Shown here piece after piece: positions 11,691-24,261 of a stretch of 64,000 nt of DNA (its first letter is position 1; each line of letters starts with the position of its first letter). The position numbers were made by a program, and so were the translations under genes. The DNA is taken from assembly GCA_002189035.1 (NCBI GenBank), contig NEEC01000007.1, forward strand, positions 2,294,001 through 2,358,000. The letters run 5' to 3'. Origin of the DNA: Utricularia gibba (Eukaryota; Plantae; Magnoliophyta). The notes beneath the pieces are model-generated. The model ran no database searches. It saw nothing but the letters and a program-made list of their open reading frames with translations, and was not told the origin of the DNA.

Positions 11691-14468
11691 GGCGAGAGAA
11701 GAGGGGAGCGAACGGCAAGGGTTTTATTTCCCTACTCCCTCCTCCTCAAACCCTCCCTCCCAGATTTGGATGATATATATATATACATACATTCCATGGC
11801 ATGCGGTTCCCGATTATAAGCAATCCCTCCACCCACAGTCAACACACACCAACTCTCCATCTATATATACCACCTATATTTTTTTAATTATTTAATTTTT
11901 ATAATATATATTTTTTCAAAAAAAAAAGGCATCTTACAAAATTAGAATAGTCATTCATCTCCTCTTCATCCCATGTGACTGAATTTGTTGTATATATATT
12001 TATATATATTGACATACCCATGAATGAATATGCATGCAAAAAGAAAAAAAAAAGTATTCTTTTATTTAATCTAGGAGGAGGTGTTGAACCGGTTTTGAAA
12101 ACACCGGTCTGGTCTGGTCTGGACCCTCCCTCCCTCCAGCTTTGCTTTATTTGATCTGATCCTGGGTTGGTTTTCAAGGGAAGTGATTTATTATTGATTT
12201 GGGAGGAGAACATGTTCCCCTCCTCATGGGGCGACTTCCCGAGAATAAACGAATGAATGCCAACCAGAAATGAAATGCTTCCTACTTTTTGGACCAACCA
12301 AAGAGGAGAAGAACATGTTCTCCGATCCAGTTTTTTGACTTCAATCTTCTCCTCTTCTGTAGGGGGTATTTGTAGAAATGACCCCCTGCAGTGGCAAATC
12401 AAAGAAAAAAACTATTTAATTGTCTTTTAACTGCAGTGGCAAAAGTAATATATTCCCAACAGATGTATTAGAAAAGTAACTATAATTTCTTTAGTATATG
12501 AAAAAATAATCATAATATATATATATATAAAATTGATCTTAATGTATAAAAGAGAAAGTTAAGATGAGTATTTTTCAAAATGACCCATCTCCAACCGGGT
12601 GATGAGAGTCATGGAGTAAAATTGCAGTCGTTGGTTTTTTAACCCTAGTTGGAAATCATCTATATATCTTACGGAGCATAAAGCGGCGGCATCCTCGTCG
12701 CATTATTTATTCCATGTGTCCATCAACCGAGAATCTTTACCCTGCACCTTCCGTCGCGGATCTTTACTCTTCTACCCGCGTCCCCACGCCCCCACCCAAA
12801 CCATGCACCCATCATCAGAAAAAAAAGAAAAAAAATGGTTAAATAATTCATGATTTATTAAATATTGGTTATAAAGAAACCAACCCATTTATTTATACAT
12901 TTTCCTTATTTTATAGTCGTTTTTTATGAGTAATCACAGTTATTAAAAGAATAACCATTAAAAGGTAAAAGGTACCCAACCTGATTCCTTTTCTTCTAAT
13001 TCTTCTATTTGTTGTGCGTTACTGGGCAGGCCGGAAGTCATCCAAGTAAACTTGTGGGCCGACGCCCATCGTACGATCCTAATGCACAAATTTGTAACAA
13101 ATCAATTTATTCTTATATAATATTATTCATTTTGAATATTCAATTTTCATGATTTAATATTCTATTATTTTTTTAAAAAAGTCTTATACAATATTATAAA
13201 AATATTTTTCTACATAAATTGTCTCTGTATTTTATTTGTAAGGATGTAAGATTCAACTAAAGTTATTATACATAAAGCTTGACATTACGGAATTGCCACC
13301 AATTGATAATAGCATGCATGTTTTGTATAACACATGTAATATCTTATGGCAGTAGTGCAGCCAAAATTTGAAATCAATGGTATCATTTGCATTTTGCCTG
13401 TGTCTTGTAAACATGGACCTAAACATAGAATTTTTTTTTATTTTTTTCTATTTTATTATTTTAAACGTAGATACCATTTTAAATAAATATATATATATAT
13501 ATATAGCTAAAATTATGTATCAAATAAATTTATAATTTTGATTGTATAATATATGTTTATTAAAATACAAATAATTCAAATACATGATTAATTAAACTAT
13601 ACTATTGCACTTTATTTTACAGTGTTGCTGACTCCTTAGTTAAATTTGGAGAATTGAAGTTTTTAATAGTATCTATGGCAATTCCAAGTTTTTTTTAATA
13701 TTTTGTCATATTTTTAATTTCCATTTGTAATTAATCTAAAAGTTCATATATTTGAATAATAATATTAGTCATTCTTGGACAGCATGATGCAATGCTGGGC
13801 AAAAGGGGATCACGAAGAATTTAAAAAAAATTAAAAAATTTGAAATCTTAGATTTATTTAGACAATTTTCTTATTTTCCTTATATTTATATTTTATAATA
13901 AATATAATTAAACATTAATAAACTAAAAAAATGAGTTGAACCCGTTAATAAATAATTTACTTTATTAAATTAAATGGTAAGAAGGGATGGCAAAAGGGAG
14001 GGGAGGGCCCCATTTATTACATCGTCCAACCGAACCCAGCACCACGCAACATACTAATGACGCTTCGCCAGATATAAATCCCCACTAATTGCGTACTTTG
14101 ACCGGCTTAACAACCGCCATTATTGCTCTAACCCAAGCGATTAACCGCGCACTTATTCTCTTAAACACACATCATTACGTGTCAACCATGACCACAATAT
14201 ATGTATTATATAAGACATGCATGATTTATTTGACGTGTGTGTGATTGGTTGATAGATTTTATTAAAATAAATAAATTTATTAAATTTATTAAATAATAAT
14301 AAATTTATTTTTACATCATGATTCTTGCATTTTGGACCTATTATTATTTTTAGTGTGTTTGGGGGAGTTTGTGATTGTAATTAGAGGTGGTTAATTATGA
14401 TTATAAAGGGTGCTTAGATTGCCTCCTCCTATCCCCTCCTCTCCAACGTGAGACCTTTGATTCCGGCG

Positions 14469-15226
14469 ATGGCCATGGGAGAAGACGAGCTCCAGCTGGA
14501 GCTGGGACTGGGTCTCGGATTTGCGAAGACGGAAGCTCGCCGACCCAAGAAACGAGTGTTCCTTGTTGATATCCCCACTCCCAATTCGAGCCACAGGCTG
14601 CTTCAAGACTGCAAGGACAGCGGGCTGTTGATGGAGGAGGAGGACGATGACTACTGCGACCGCAATTTTTCATCCGAATTCGGGAGAAAGAAACTCAGGC
14701 TCACCAGAGAGCAAACCACTCTGCTGGAGGACAGCTTCAGGAAGCAAACCACTCTTAACACTGTGAGAAATCCTTCGCTCCTGATGCTTCTAGACATTTA
14801 TGATCAGAAACCGTCTGAAAATCAGAGTTTCAACTCGCGCAGGCTGAGAAACAGGCGCTGGCCGAGAAACTGAAACTTAAACCCAGACAAGTGGAAGTAT
14901 GGTTTCAAAACAGACGAGCAAGGTATGAGGAATCCGGGCTTCATGGCCACGCCTTCATGCTTGGCTTCTCATGTGTTCCACTGTTACACTGCAGGAACAA
15001 ATTGAAGCAAACCGAAGTTGACTACGAGTTTCTGAAGAGAAGCCACGAGAGATTGCTAGACGAGAACCGCAGGTTAAACGAGGAGCTGGCGAAACTGCGA
15101 TCGCACGACATCAAAAAGCTCGATCCGCTCCCGGGGTTTCTCAACGATCGGAAGGCGGCGCCGGAGGAGACCTGCGAGCGTAGAGGCTGCGCTGCGGTGG
15201 GCCTGGAACCCCCTACCCTAACCTAA
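14469..15226 (+). CDS. HD-Zip class II homeobox-leucine zipper transcription factor (HAT-like, divergent)
   Basis: Exons 14469-14762, 14843-14922 and 14995-15226. N-terminal LxLxL EAR motif (LELGLGLG), homeodomain [21 protein letters not shown], and zipper [14 protein letters not shown]. Confidence 0.9.
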
Positions 15227-16269
15227 TGATCACCCATTTTTCTTCTTCTTCTTATTTTTTTACAAGGAAATCATAGAAGACAAATGCATGGTGCATTAAC
15301 TAGACAAGCCTCCTACACAGAAGTCATATAAAATACACACAGTTGCACCCTCTAGACTTAAAAAAACTCATTTCTCACCCAATAATTAACGAATATTGCA
15401 TTTTGACCCACTCCAGTCGCCCCCCCCCCCCCCTTCAATTTGCAATTATTTGAGTTTGATTAATAAAAAATACCATAACGAAATTCGATGTGATTAATTC
15501 AATCCCGATCACAAATAATTCATAGTTCAAAACGATTCAATCGTGATTTTTTTAAGGTGGATGGATTAGGGGTAATCATGGAGTAGTTGTTCACTAATTT
15601 AGGATATTTGATTTATTAATAGAAGCGTGAGGGAATCTTGTGCGGCTACACTATGATTTAATTAATAATTATGGATGTGATAAATAAATGCATTTTCCCT
15701 AACCCTACTCTTATCTTTGACTTCTCCCTGCCCTGCCCTCACCATCATTTTCTTTTTATGGAAAATAATTTAATGCCTCATATGGCAACTGATTAATGTC
15801 ATTTATTGCCCCCATTCTTCTTACATTGTCTTCTCCTTCCCCTTCTCTCCAACCCTATTCCATAGTACTCGATGACGTGGAATTCTGCACTATGTTTGGT
15901 AAGTTTGTGTTATTCAAGAAAAAGTTGGAATCCCGATAATAATTTTTAAATATAATTGAACTTATTAACAATTAGTGATGTTTGAAATAAAGAATAAGTT
16001 CCTGTCTGAGCATGTAACTATGTTTTCGAGAGGTATAATTCAAGAGGTTGTTTGCTAAGATAGTATAATTAATAATATATTGGAGTTATTTGTATTTAAT
16101 ACGCGATTAAGTTTAAAGTTTGTTTGATATATAAATTTTGAATATATCTTTCTAAGATAATATTATATTTGATAAATTTTATAAATTGAATTGTTTAAAT
16201 TAGTACAGGCCCGATTGGAGGCCCAGTAGAGTACTTTCCCCAGCAGCTCCAGTCGACAGTCGACACGAT

Positions 16270-16620
16270 GGAGATGCACAAACTACAGAAGAAGATTCGT
16301 GCGACAGTTGGTGATTCGTCTGTTTCATTTCATGGAGTTCTTAGCACTTTTGGTTCCTAGTTTGTTCGTTGTTGAATAACAAAAGGCTCTGTCCGGATTA
16401 ATTCTTAACTGTTTTGCGGGGCAGACTCGAGCGTTGGCACGGCAAATGTTCGATGAAATGTCTATACGGGTTGATGGTCGTGTGGGATATGTGAAATGTT
16501 GATGAGAGGCAGAGTGTTCTCCACCCGCTTTCTTGGTGTTGTTTACAGTTTCACTTTCTAGAACCTGGACCACTCTGAGTAGTGAGCAGGCATTCCGTGG
16601 ACCAAATGTGGTTTACTGTT
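16270..16620 (+). pseudogene. Possible decayed PLS-class PPR gene fragment upstream of Obg
   Basis: Translation LARQMFDEMSIR..GYVKC** (16434-16506), plus upstream KIRA/QLVIR across a frameshift, resembles PLS PPR motifs. Interrupted by stops. Confidence 0.4.
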
Positions 16621-16803
16621 CCTTCTAACTCTGATAATGTTTGTAACGAAATGCTTTACATTTTTGAGTTCTTGGATTGGATTCGATTTGGCCATTTAAG
16701 CTTTCATGTTCATGGTTCCCGTATCCGTATAACCGGCTAAACTCTTTCTGATATCGGTGCTTTCATTAGAAGGATTGCAAGTTTAACAAGGTCGTTGAGA
16801 GGA

Positions 16804-18884
16804 ATGTGGTTGCAGCGGAAGGGTGGGGTTGCTTCTTTGGAAGCAGTTATTGAAATCTCTAGAAAGAAATGGTTTTTCCAAACCTGCTCATGTTCAAGCA
16901 TTTCCCAAAAGAAAACAAAATTGGCACCACTGCAGGTAAACAGGGCCATATGTTTGCGCCTCCCCTATTTCATATTTTCGAATGTTTAGCCTAAGCTTTT
17001 GTAATATGCTTTATGTAGGAGCGAAAAATGATAGATAGATTCAAGCTGTGGGCTAAAGGAGGTGATGGAGGAAATGGTTGTTCAAGCTTTCGCCGTAGTC
17101 GTCATGATCGCCGTGGAAGACCTGATGGTATTCCTTTGCTACAAACTGGTCAAAGTGAACCCATCTTGATAGATAGAGAAAGGCGTGCAATAATGTCATA
17201 TGATAAGCCTAGGTCTCTTTTCTTATGTTGTTTTTCTGATGCATGCCACAAATGTTTCATTCTTTCTGGATATTGGGATCTTGGTTTCACACTCATTCCT
17301 TGGGTAGGGAAGGCAGAGTCTTGATCTAAGACATGGGATTCCTGGATTTTGCTTACGGTGTTACTTTTAAATGCAGGCGGTAATGGTGGAAAAGGAGGTG
17401 ATGTTATCTTAGAATGCTCAACAACAGTGTGGGATTTTAGTGGTCTGCAACATCATATAGTGGGTAACACATCCTTTCTGTTAACATGTGGTGACTTACT
17501 CTTTCTGTTTATTTTTGTCCTTCCCGATCATTCACAACATTAGGAGTGATTTTGTTATCTTCTGCATTGCTGGACGAGCGATTTGAAAACCTCTTCTATT
17601 TTCCAGAATGCGAAAAGAGGAGGAAATGGCGCTCCCAAAAATATGATAGGCAGCCGAGGAGCTGATAAGGTGGCATTTTAAAATGGTCTCCCCCATTGAA
17701 ATTCATTTTTTCCTGAAACAAAAATGGCCGGATTTCAATTACAGGTTGTTCAAGTACCTATTGGGACTGTTATCCATCTACTTCAAGGTGAAGCTCCTAC
17801 ATACGTCGAGAAGAAACCTTCTGGATCCCTGGATCCTTGGGAGATTCCTGATAAACTCGACTCTGGGTTTTCTGAGTTCTGTGAACCATCTCTCACAGAG
17901 GGAACGCGGAAGTTGGCTATTAAGAAGGCAAGAGGAGCCGAAAAATTCACATTATCTGCTCGGAAACTTGATCAACATGAGGCAGCAATTTTTCTCGAAG
18001 ATGAAATCCTTAATGAACCCGAAGCACATTCTTGGACAGGAGGAAATAGAAAATATTCAACTTCAGGCAACGAGACTAGCACGTCTGAACCAGAGCACGA
18101 GGAAGATTTATTGGACATACAGGAAGTCGTTGAACTTACTGCACCTGGTGAACAAGTAATTGTTGCTCGAGGAGGGTGTGGAGGTTTGGGCAATATGCAC
18201 ACTGCAAAGGGTCTCAGTATCTCGAGCCCTAGCAACGATAATGCAACTGGTGAGCCTGCTCTAGACAATCTCGGCCAACCGGGGTCAGAAACACTTGTTC
18301 TATTGGAACTGAAAACTATTGCTGATGTGGGCCTTGTTGGCTTGCCAAATGCTGGGAAAAGCACCCTTCTTGGTGCTCTATCAAGGGCCAAACCGAGAGT
18401 TGGCCACTATGCCTTCACCACACTGAGGCCGAATCTAGGAAATTTAAACTATGATGATATCTCCATCACTGTGGCTGATGTCCCTGGTCTCATAAGAGGA
18501 GCTCATGAAAACCGGGGCCTTGGACATGCTTTTCTACGCCATATCGAGCGTACGAAAGTGTTGGCCTACGTAGTGGATCTAGGCAGAAAGGATACACCTC
18601 CATGGGAGCAACTCAGAGACCTGGTATTAGAACTCGAGATGTACAACAATGGCTTGTCCAATCGGCCCTCTTTGGTGGTCGCAAACAAGATCGATGAGGA
18701 GGGTGCTGAAGATGCGTTACAACAACTGAAAAGAAGGGTGGCTCATGTTCCCATTTTCCCAGTTTGTGCTGTTCTTGAAGAAGGAATACAAGAGCTGAAG
18801 GCTGGCCTCAAGGAGCTGGTAAGGCCCCTGGATGTGGAACAACACGCCCTCAGCCTGAAACTAGACCATATTCTCCTTGACTAG
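16804..18884 (+). CDS. OBGM: Obg-family GTPase, mitochondrial type (ObgM)
   Basis: Exons 16804-16935, 17019-17127, 17377-17459, 17607-17669 and 17745-18884. Gly-rich Obg fold (GGDGGNG), G1 GLPNAGKS, G2 YAFTT, G3 DVPG and G4 NKID. Confidence 0.93.
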
Positions 18885-19865
18885 GGGATCCTTCTCAGTT
18901 CTTTACAGTTAATTATGAATTGGTATTTTACGTAGTTTTTTATTTTAATAATAAGATAATGATTTTGTTTGAAATAAATTCTGTTTTTGAAAAAATGTTT
19001 TAATATTAATTGTATTATTAAATACAAATAAATTGTATTCCAAGATCTGTTTGAAGTTTTTTCAATCCATATATTCATTATACTTGATTTTGTAGTTTTT
19101 TGGGTGAGGAATAAATTGAATTTAATATTTTGAAAATTCATAATTCTTTGAATTAGTGTACTTGAGTTCAATTTAATTGTTTTGTTATATATTCTATTTT
19201 ATTGTTTATTTCAAATTTCATAATAATAATTAGAAAATTAAAATTATGAAAGTAATGAAATTTAAATATAAACAGAAAATCATTGTATTAGATGTATCAT
19301 AAAATTAATATATTAACTTGATTTTGAATTTTATATTATATAATAATTTAATATAAACGGCAAATCATCGGAACCGGGGAGGGGAGGAGTGGCTGGCTGG
19401 CTGGTTGCATGGGAGCTAAAGTTTTATTATTATTATTATTATTTTTCTTCTGGGATTCTTCGCATTCGCGTGGATAGTTTGATTCCCATTTGAATTTGCT
19501 GAATCAGTTTATTTCTAGCTGGATTCTTTGCAAATGGATTGATGCACTCCTCCTCCTGATTGTTCTTTTCGTTTCTTGCTTTGTGATTTTAGAAATTTGG
19601 GATTTATGTAGACCTTTTGAAATTTAACCGGATAGGTTCTTTCTCCTCCTGGATTCTTCTCAGTCTGGTGGATATATTGATTTCCCAGTCGATTCTAGTT
19701 GAATTTTCTGAGTCCGGTTTTTTGTACCGCGATTTCGGTGCAAATGGATTTATGCCCTTTTCTTTTCTTGCTTTTTGGTTCCTTAAATATGGGATGCATG
19801 CAGACCTTTCAAGGTGAGGAATTTGTTCGGTGCTGTGGATTATTAGCTGAATGGTTGCTCGGAGA

Positions 19866-21098
19866 ATGGGGTCTCAGGATGGTGGGACGAATGCTAATGA
19901 AGGGAACCAAACTGAAACACAAATGGTGCAGAATCAAATGACTGATTTATTGGGGCCTTTAAGTAGCATGGATCTTGATGAGCTTCTCATGTCTGTGTGG
20001 ACGCCTGAGATGGATAATAATCAAGTGATAGAATGTGATGGGTATCAGACTGCCACTCCCCAACCAGCTCCATCGTCTGGTTTGTCTTTGGATAACAACC
20101 CTCCTCTTCCTCAACCAGAGGAGCTAAGCCAGAAGACGGTTGATGAGGTGTGGCAGGGCATTCAGGATGGGCAGAAATGGAGTAATCATGACAGGGAGTC
20201 TGCTCAGGGAGAAACATCTTTTGACGACTTCTTGATTAAAGCTGGATTTTTTTCTGAGCCAACCCGTGAAAACATAACTTTGTGCTCTGTTACTGATCCT
20301 GTAGGGTTGCCCCAAGAAGCTCGGTGGATGAGTTATCAGGCCCTTCCAGTGCATTCTCAGCCGCAACTCCCCATTATCACACCCGGCCATCACGAGTTTG
20401 CCCTCCCCGCCTTCCCTGATACTCAAATGTTCATGTCCTCTTCCTCTTTGATAGGTACCTCCTCTGGTGCTCAGATGCCTGGAAGGAAAAGGGGTACTCC
20501 CGATAACCTAGCTAGAAGGCGTGAAAGGAGGCAGAAGAGGTTGATTAAAAACCGTGAGTCCGCAGCACGATCACGAGCTAGGAAGATGGTACTCTTTACT
20601 TCGCAATTGTACCAGCTACTATGACTTCCATTTTTAGCCGGTGATTCTGAATGCATTCTGTGTTTTCATTCTTCAATACTACCGAATGGTTGATGCTTTT
20701 TACTTCAGTTATATACACATAAGCTGGAGAGTATGGTCTCACGTCTGGAGGAGGAGAACAAAAACCTTAAGAGACAACAGGTACTTTGTGCTTGTCTTTT
20801 CTTGAATAACTGCCTCACTCCCTGCTTCCTTGCCATTTTCATAAAAAATATAGTGTCATTCTACGTTGTCGTTACCATTTATTACCATCCTAGATATTGA
20901 TCTAGTTATGGGGTGTTTGGCACCTGTGCACACAAACACTAGGCCACGCTTTTTCTGTTGGTTTCCCAATCCGCAATATATCTACACTCTTCATTGCTGT
21001 GGGTGACCTTATAGGAAATGGAGAAGGTGCTGCACAGCGTTTCACGACCGGTGCCAAGATATAGTCAGCTGCGCAGGACAAGGTCATCGCCACCGTGA
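19866..21098 (+). CDS. Group A bZIP transcription factor (ABI5-like/AREB3/EEL type), divergent
   Basis: Exons 19866-20588, 20709-20780 and 21015-21098. Motifs LSSMDLDELL, LSQKTVDEVW, FDDFLIKAG, the basic region RRQKRLIKNRESAARSRARK and C-terminal LRRTRSSP. Confidence 0.9.
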
Positions 21099-21487
21099 AA
21101 ATCTGATAGTCTTTACGACCTGGTTTGTCCATGTTGCAGCAACAGAACCTTATGATGAAGATGTCTGTGAATTTGTGCCCACTGATCTTTACATATATAT
21201 ATCAATAAACGTACCTTCATGGTCTTTTAATGGCCTGCTGTAGATAACCCCAGCAACAAACATATTGGCTTGTGGGCGTCGTGTTTGATTTTCTGATATA
21301 GAAATATGAAGTTTCCTCTGGCACATACGATTTGAACTGCAGGCTTGATGGCAGAAGCTCCTTCCTCCGTCTAGCGGTGCCAGAGCATTTGCCCTCCCAG
21401 AGGGATAGCCTGAGGAAGGAGATGGTGTTGCTGGTCTGTTCCGTTTAACTATTGTAACAAGTTGATCCCCAATACTCAGCATGATAC

Positions 21488-21495
<8 letters not shown>

Positions 21496-21540
<45 letters not shown>
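21496..21540. repeat. (AG)~22 microsatellite
   Basis: Direct reading of the sequence. Confidence 0.95.
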
Positions 21541-21544
<4 letters not shown>

Positions 21545-22843
21545 GTACATGAAGAAGCAACAAAAGTTGTAATGTAGAATGTTGTGTATGTTTCTTACAA
21601 ATGATGGAAATTGACTAAAGGGCAGCAAAACTGTTCTTTGTTGGCGCTGGTTCACTGCCCCGATTTTCACATGCCTTTCCAAACTACTGTTCCCTCCTGA
21701 AAGATTCATTTGCAGTGATATCAACCTCATGTCCGAGCCTCGAATTTGCAAAACAACGTGCTGATGATCTAGAGAAGATATACTTCGAAGTACTTGAATC
21801 CCAAGATAGAAAGCGTCAGAAGTTAGAGGAAACTGAAATAAGAAATAAGGATATAGTCTACACCACTTATTTTATAAATTCTATTTATGAATATTGGATA
21901 AGTAAAACTCAAATAATTAGTTGTGGTATTTTCAACTTATTATTTATTTATGAAGAAACAAATGTATTTCGATTTTGTACAGATTTGATTTATTGGAAGC
22001 AAATACATTTGTTAGAATAAGTTAGTGACTTATTTTGATAAGTAAGTTAATGTAACTTATTAAATAAGTTGAGTTTTAAATATAAATATAGGCAAATTTA
22101 AAATAAATAAAAGTTAAGTATAAATTTGAGTAAAAATTACAAATAAATAAAAATCATGTGGTTATGTCATAAGTAATTTTAACGTATATTTAAAGTAATA
22201 AGTTGAAAAATAAGTCGTGCAGACTATATACTAATAGTTCATCAACTTCAAGAATCTATGAATAGGTACCCACAAGTCTTGTAAACTATCATTGTACTTG
22301 TTTCTTCTACAACCAAGTTCGTTTTCATCATGGTATGGAATATTGTCATACGTTTGTAGACATATATACACTATGTGCTGTTTAGTTAATAGTCAACCTT
22401 ATATCCTTCATAAATAAAAAAAATCTAAGGTAGCTCTATATACAATAAAAAAAAACTTATAGAAAAACAGCTCGATTATTAAAATATTTATATAAATGAT
22501 TTGAAGCAAGAACAACAAGGCTATTATTCATTATTTTTGATATATATCCCCATTCCCTTGATGGTGATTTTTGAGTTGATTTCATTACTTTTTAAAGAAC
22601 TTCTTGATATTAATAAAATATTTTTTGGGTAATTATTTGATTCACATGATATTAAAAAGACAAATCAATTGATTGTAGATTTAATTGGCACACAAATTAA
22701 TCCCCAACAAAAGAAAAGGTCTTCGCGAAATTGAAAAAATAATATTTAGAATTTTCAAGAGGGAGAAGTTTACAATTCTTGCTATGTTGAAAAAAAAAAA
22801 TCAAAGAATGAATTCAGAAGCTGAAAAGATCAGTTTTGATTCC

Positions 22844-24148
22844 TCAGGAGAAGGCGGTTGGCAGGGCTGTGCAGTTGAGAGCTTGGAGGGTGGGGATGAT
22901 GAGGCTTTGCTCGATGCGGACGGCGATCTCCTGTGTGAAGTGAATTCCATCCCAGAACATGTGGCGTTCGGGATGGGAGCATGCGGGCACTCCGGCGCTG
23001 CCGCAGAATCTGTTGCTGCTGTAGTTGTACGCGCCTCCGATCCCGCAGCAGGCTCTCAGGGCGGTGGCTGCATGACCCTCTGTGCACGAATCAATGGTAA
23101 ATAAATGATGAGCATCTCTGCCGACTACAGGTGGAGAATGAATGCGAGGGCTTGCCTTGATTCAATCTGTCGAGGATTTGGAGGAAGCCCTCGTCGAAGG
23201 CGCCGTAGATGAGGGTGACGTTGGGGAACTCCCTGCCCAACTCGTTGATGGCTTGCCGGAGGTAGTTGTTCTTCATGGTGATGAGCCTGTTGACGCTGCT
23301 GAGGCATCCCAGGCGATCGTAGGCGGTGGGGTCGCCGGAGGGCATTGCGGTCAGGATGTAGGGGAAGCAACCCAGAGGGGCGCTGCCCGGGATGACGATG
23401 AGCCTTGCTCCCATCCCGATGAGTTGCTGCAAGTAGGGAGATTATATCAGTATGAAGGAATGGCCACAACTGGTATTTTTTTTGTGACAAAAAGGGGATC
23501 GATTAGTTACCCTGGTGGCCTGGATCTGTTCTCTGGTGATGGGGCCGACGTAAGACTGCGCTTCCTGAAGGGTCTTTCCCTGCGTGAGGGCGTACCCGAT
23601 GTCGTTGGCCTCGAGGTCTCCCAGCAGCACCAGCGAATTGGCGAGCCTGTCGGCGATGCAGTCGGAGGCGTTTGCGCCGCCGCAGACGGACCGGAGGTGG
23701 GTTTGGAACCATTCGAGTTGGGTGGCGAGGGAAGTGGCGTAGCGTGGGATCCGGATGCCTCTCCGCGAGAAGAAGCCGTGGTCCATCACCGGACTCCTGG
23801 CGACCGAGAAGATGACGCCGTTGCTGGAGTTGGCCCTTTCGGAGAGAGAAGGAACGATATCCGGGAAGCCGAAGTCGAAAGCCGCGAAGTCGAAGTCGAC
23901 GAGGCCGTCAGACCATCGCCCGTTGGGGTGCCGGGATACGTCCGCCCGTAGGGTGCACGTGTGGGCGGGAGTGACTCCTGAATGAGGACGGAGTTTCCGA
24001 CGTCGGTGGCGCCGTCCCCGAAGTGGTAGAGGTAGGGAAATGGGCACACGGGATTGCCACCAGTCCGTGAAGAAGCAACCGCAGCGCTACTACAAGCACT
24101 CGCAGCAACGATCGCGAAGAGGAGGAGCTGAGAGGAGAAACCCATCAT
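22844..24148 (-). CDS. GDSL/SGNH esterase-like protein (acetylajmalan esterase-like), copy A; 1-nt frameshift near 23925 as assembled
   Basis: Exons 24148-23511, 23426-23156 and 23079-22844. Mirror of copy B, but missing one base in a G run. Confidence 0.85.
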
Positions 24149-24228
24149 CACCTGAACTGAACTGATCTGATCTGATCTGCCGTTGGTTGTTGAGCTTGAA
24201 TTATGGAGATGAACTGGGGTGCGTGGAA

Positions 24229-24237
24229 TTTATAGTA
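24229..24237 (-). promoter_or_regulatory. TATA-like box (CTATAAAT on the minus strand) in the palindrome spacer, ~80 nt upstream of the copy A ATG
   Basis: The plus strand reads tttatagt at 24229-24236. The spacing fits a core promoter plus a ~50-nt 5'UTR for the minus-strand copy. Confidence 0.55.
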
Positions 24238-24261
24238 TTCCACAGAAAGGCTTTTCCTCGG

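Noticed and set aside
16783-16815. PPR-like FNKVVERNVVA overlapping the Obg start
   Set aside because: Explained as the alternative frame of the Obg N-terminus (ATG TGG TTG, MWL).
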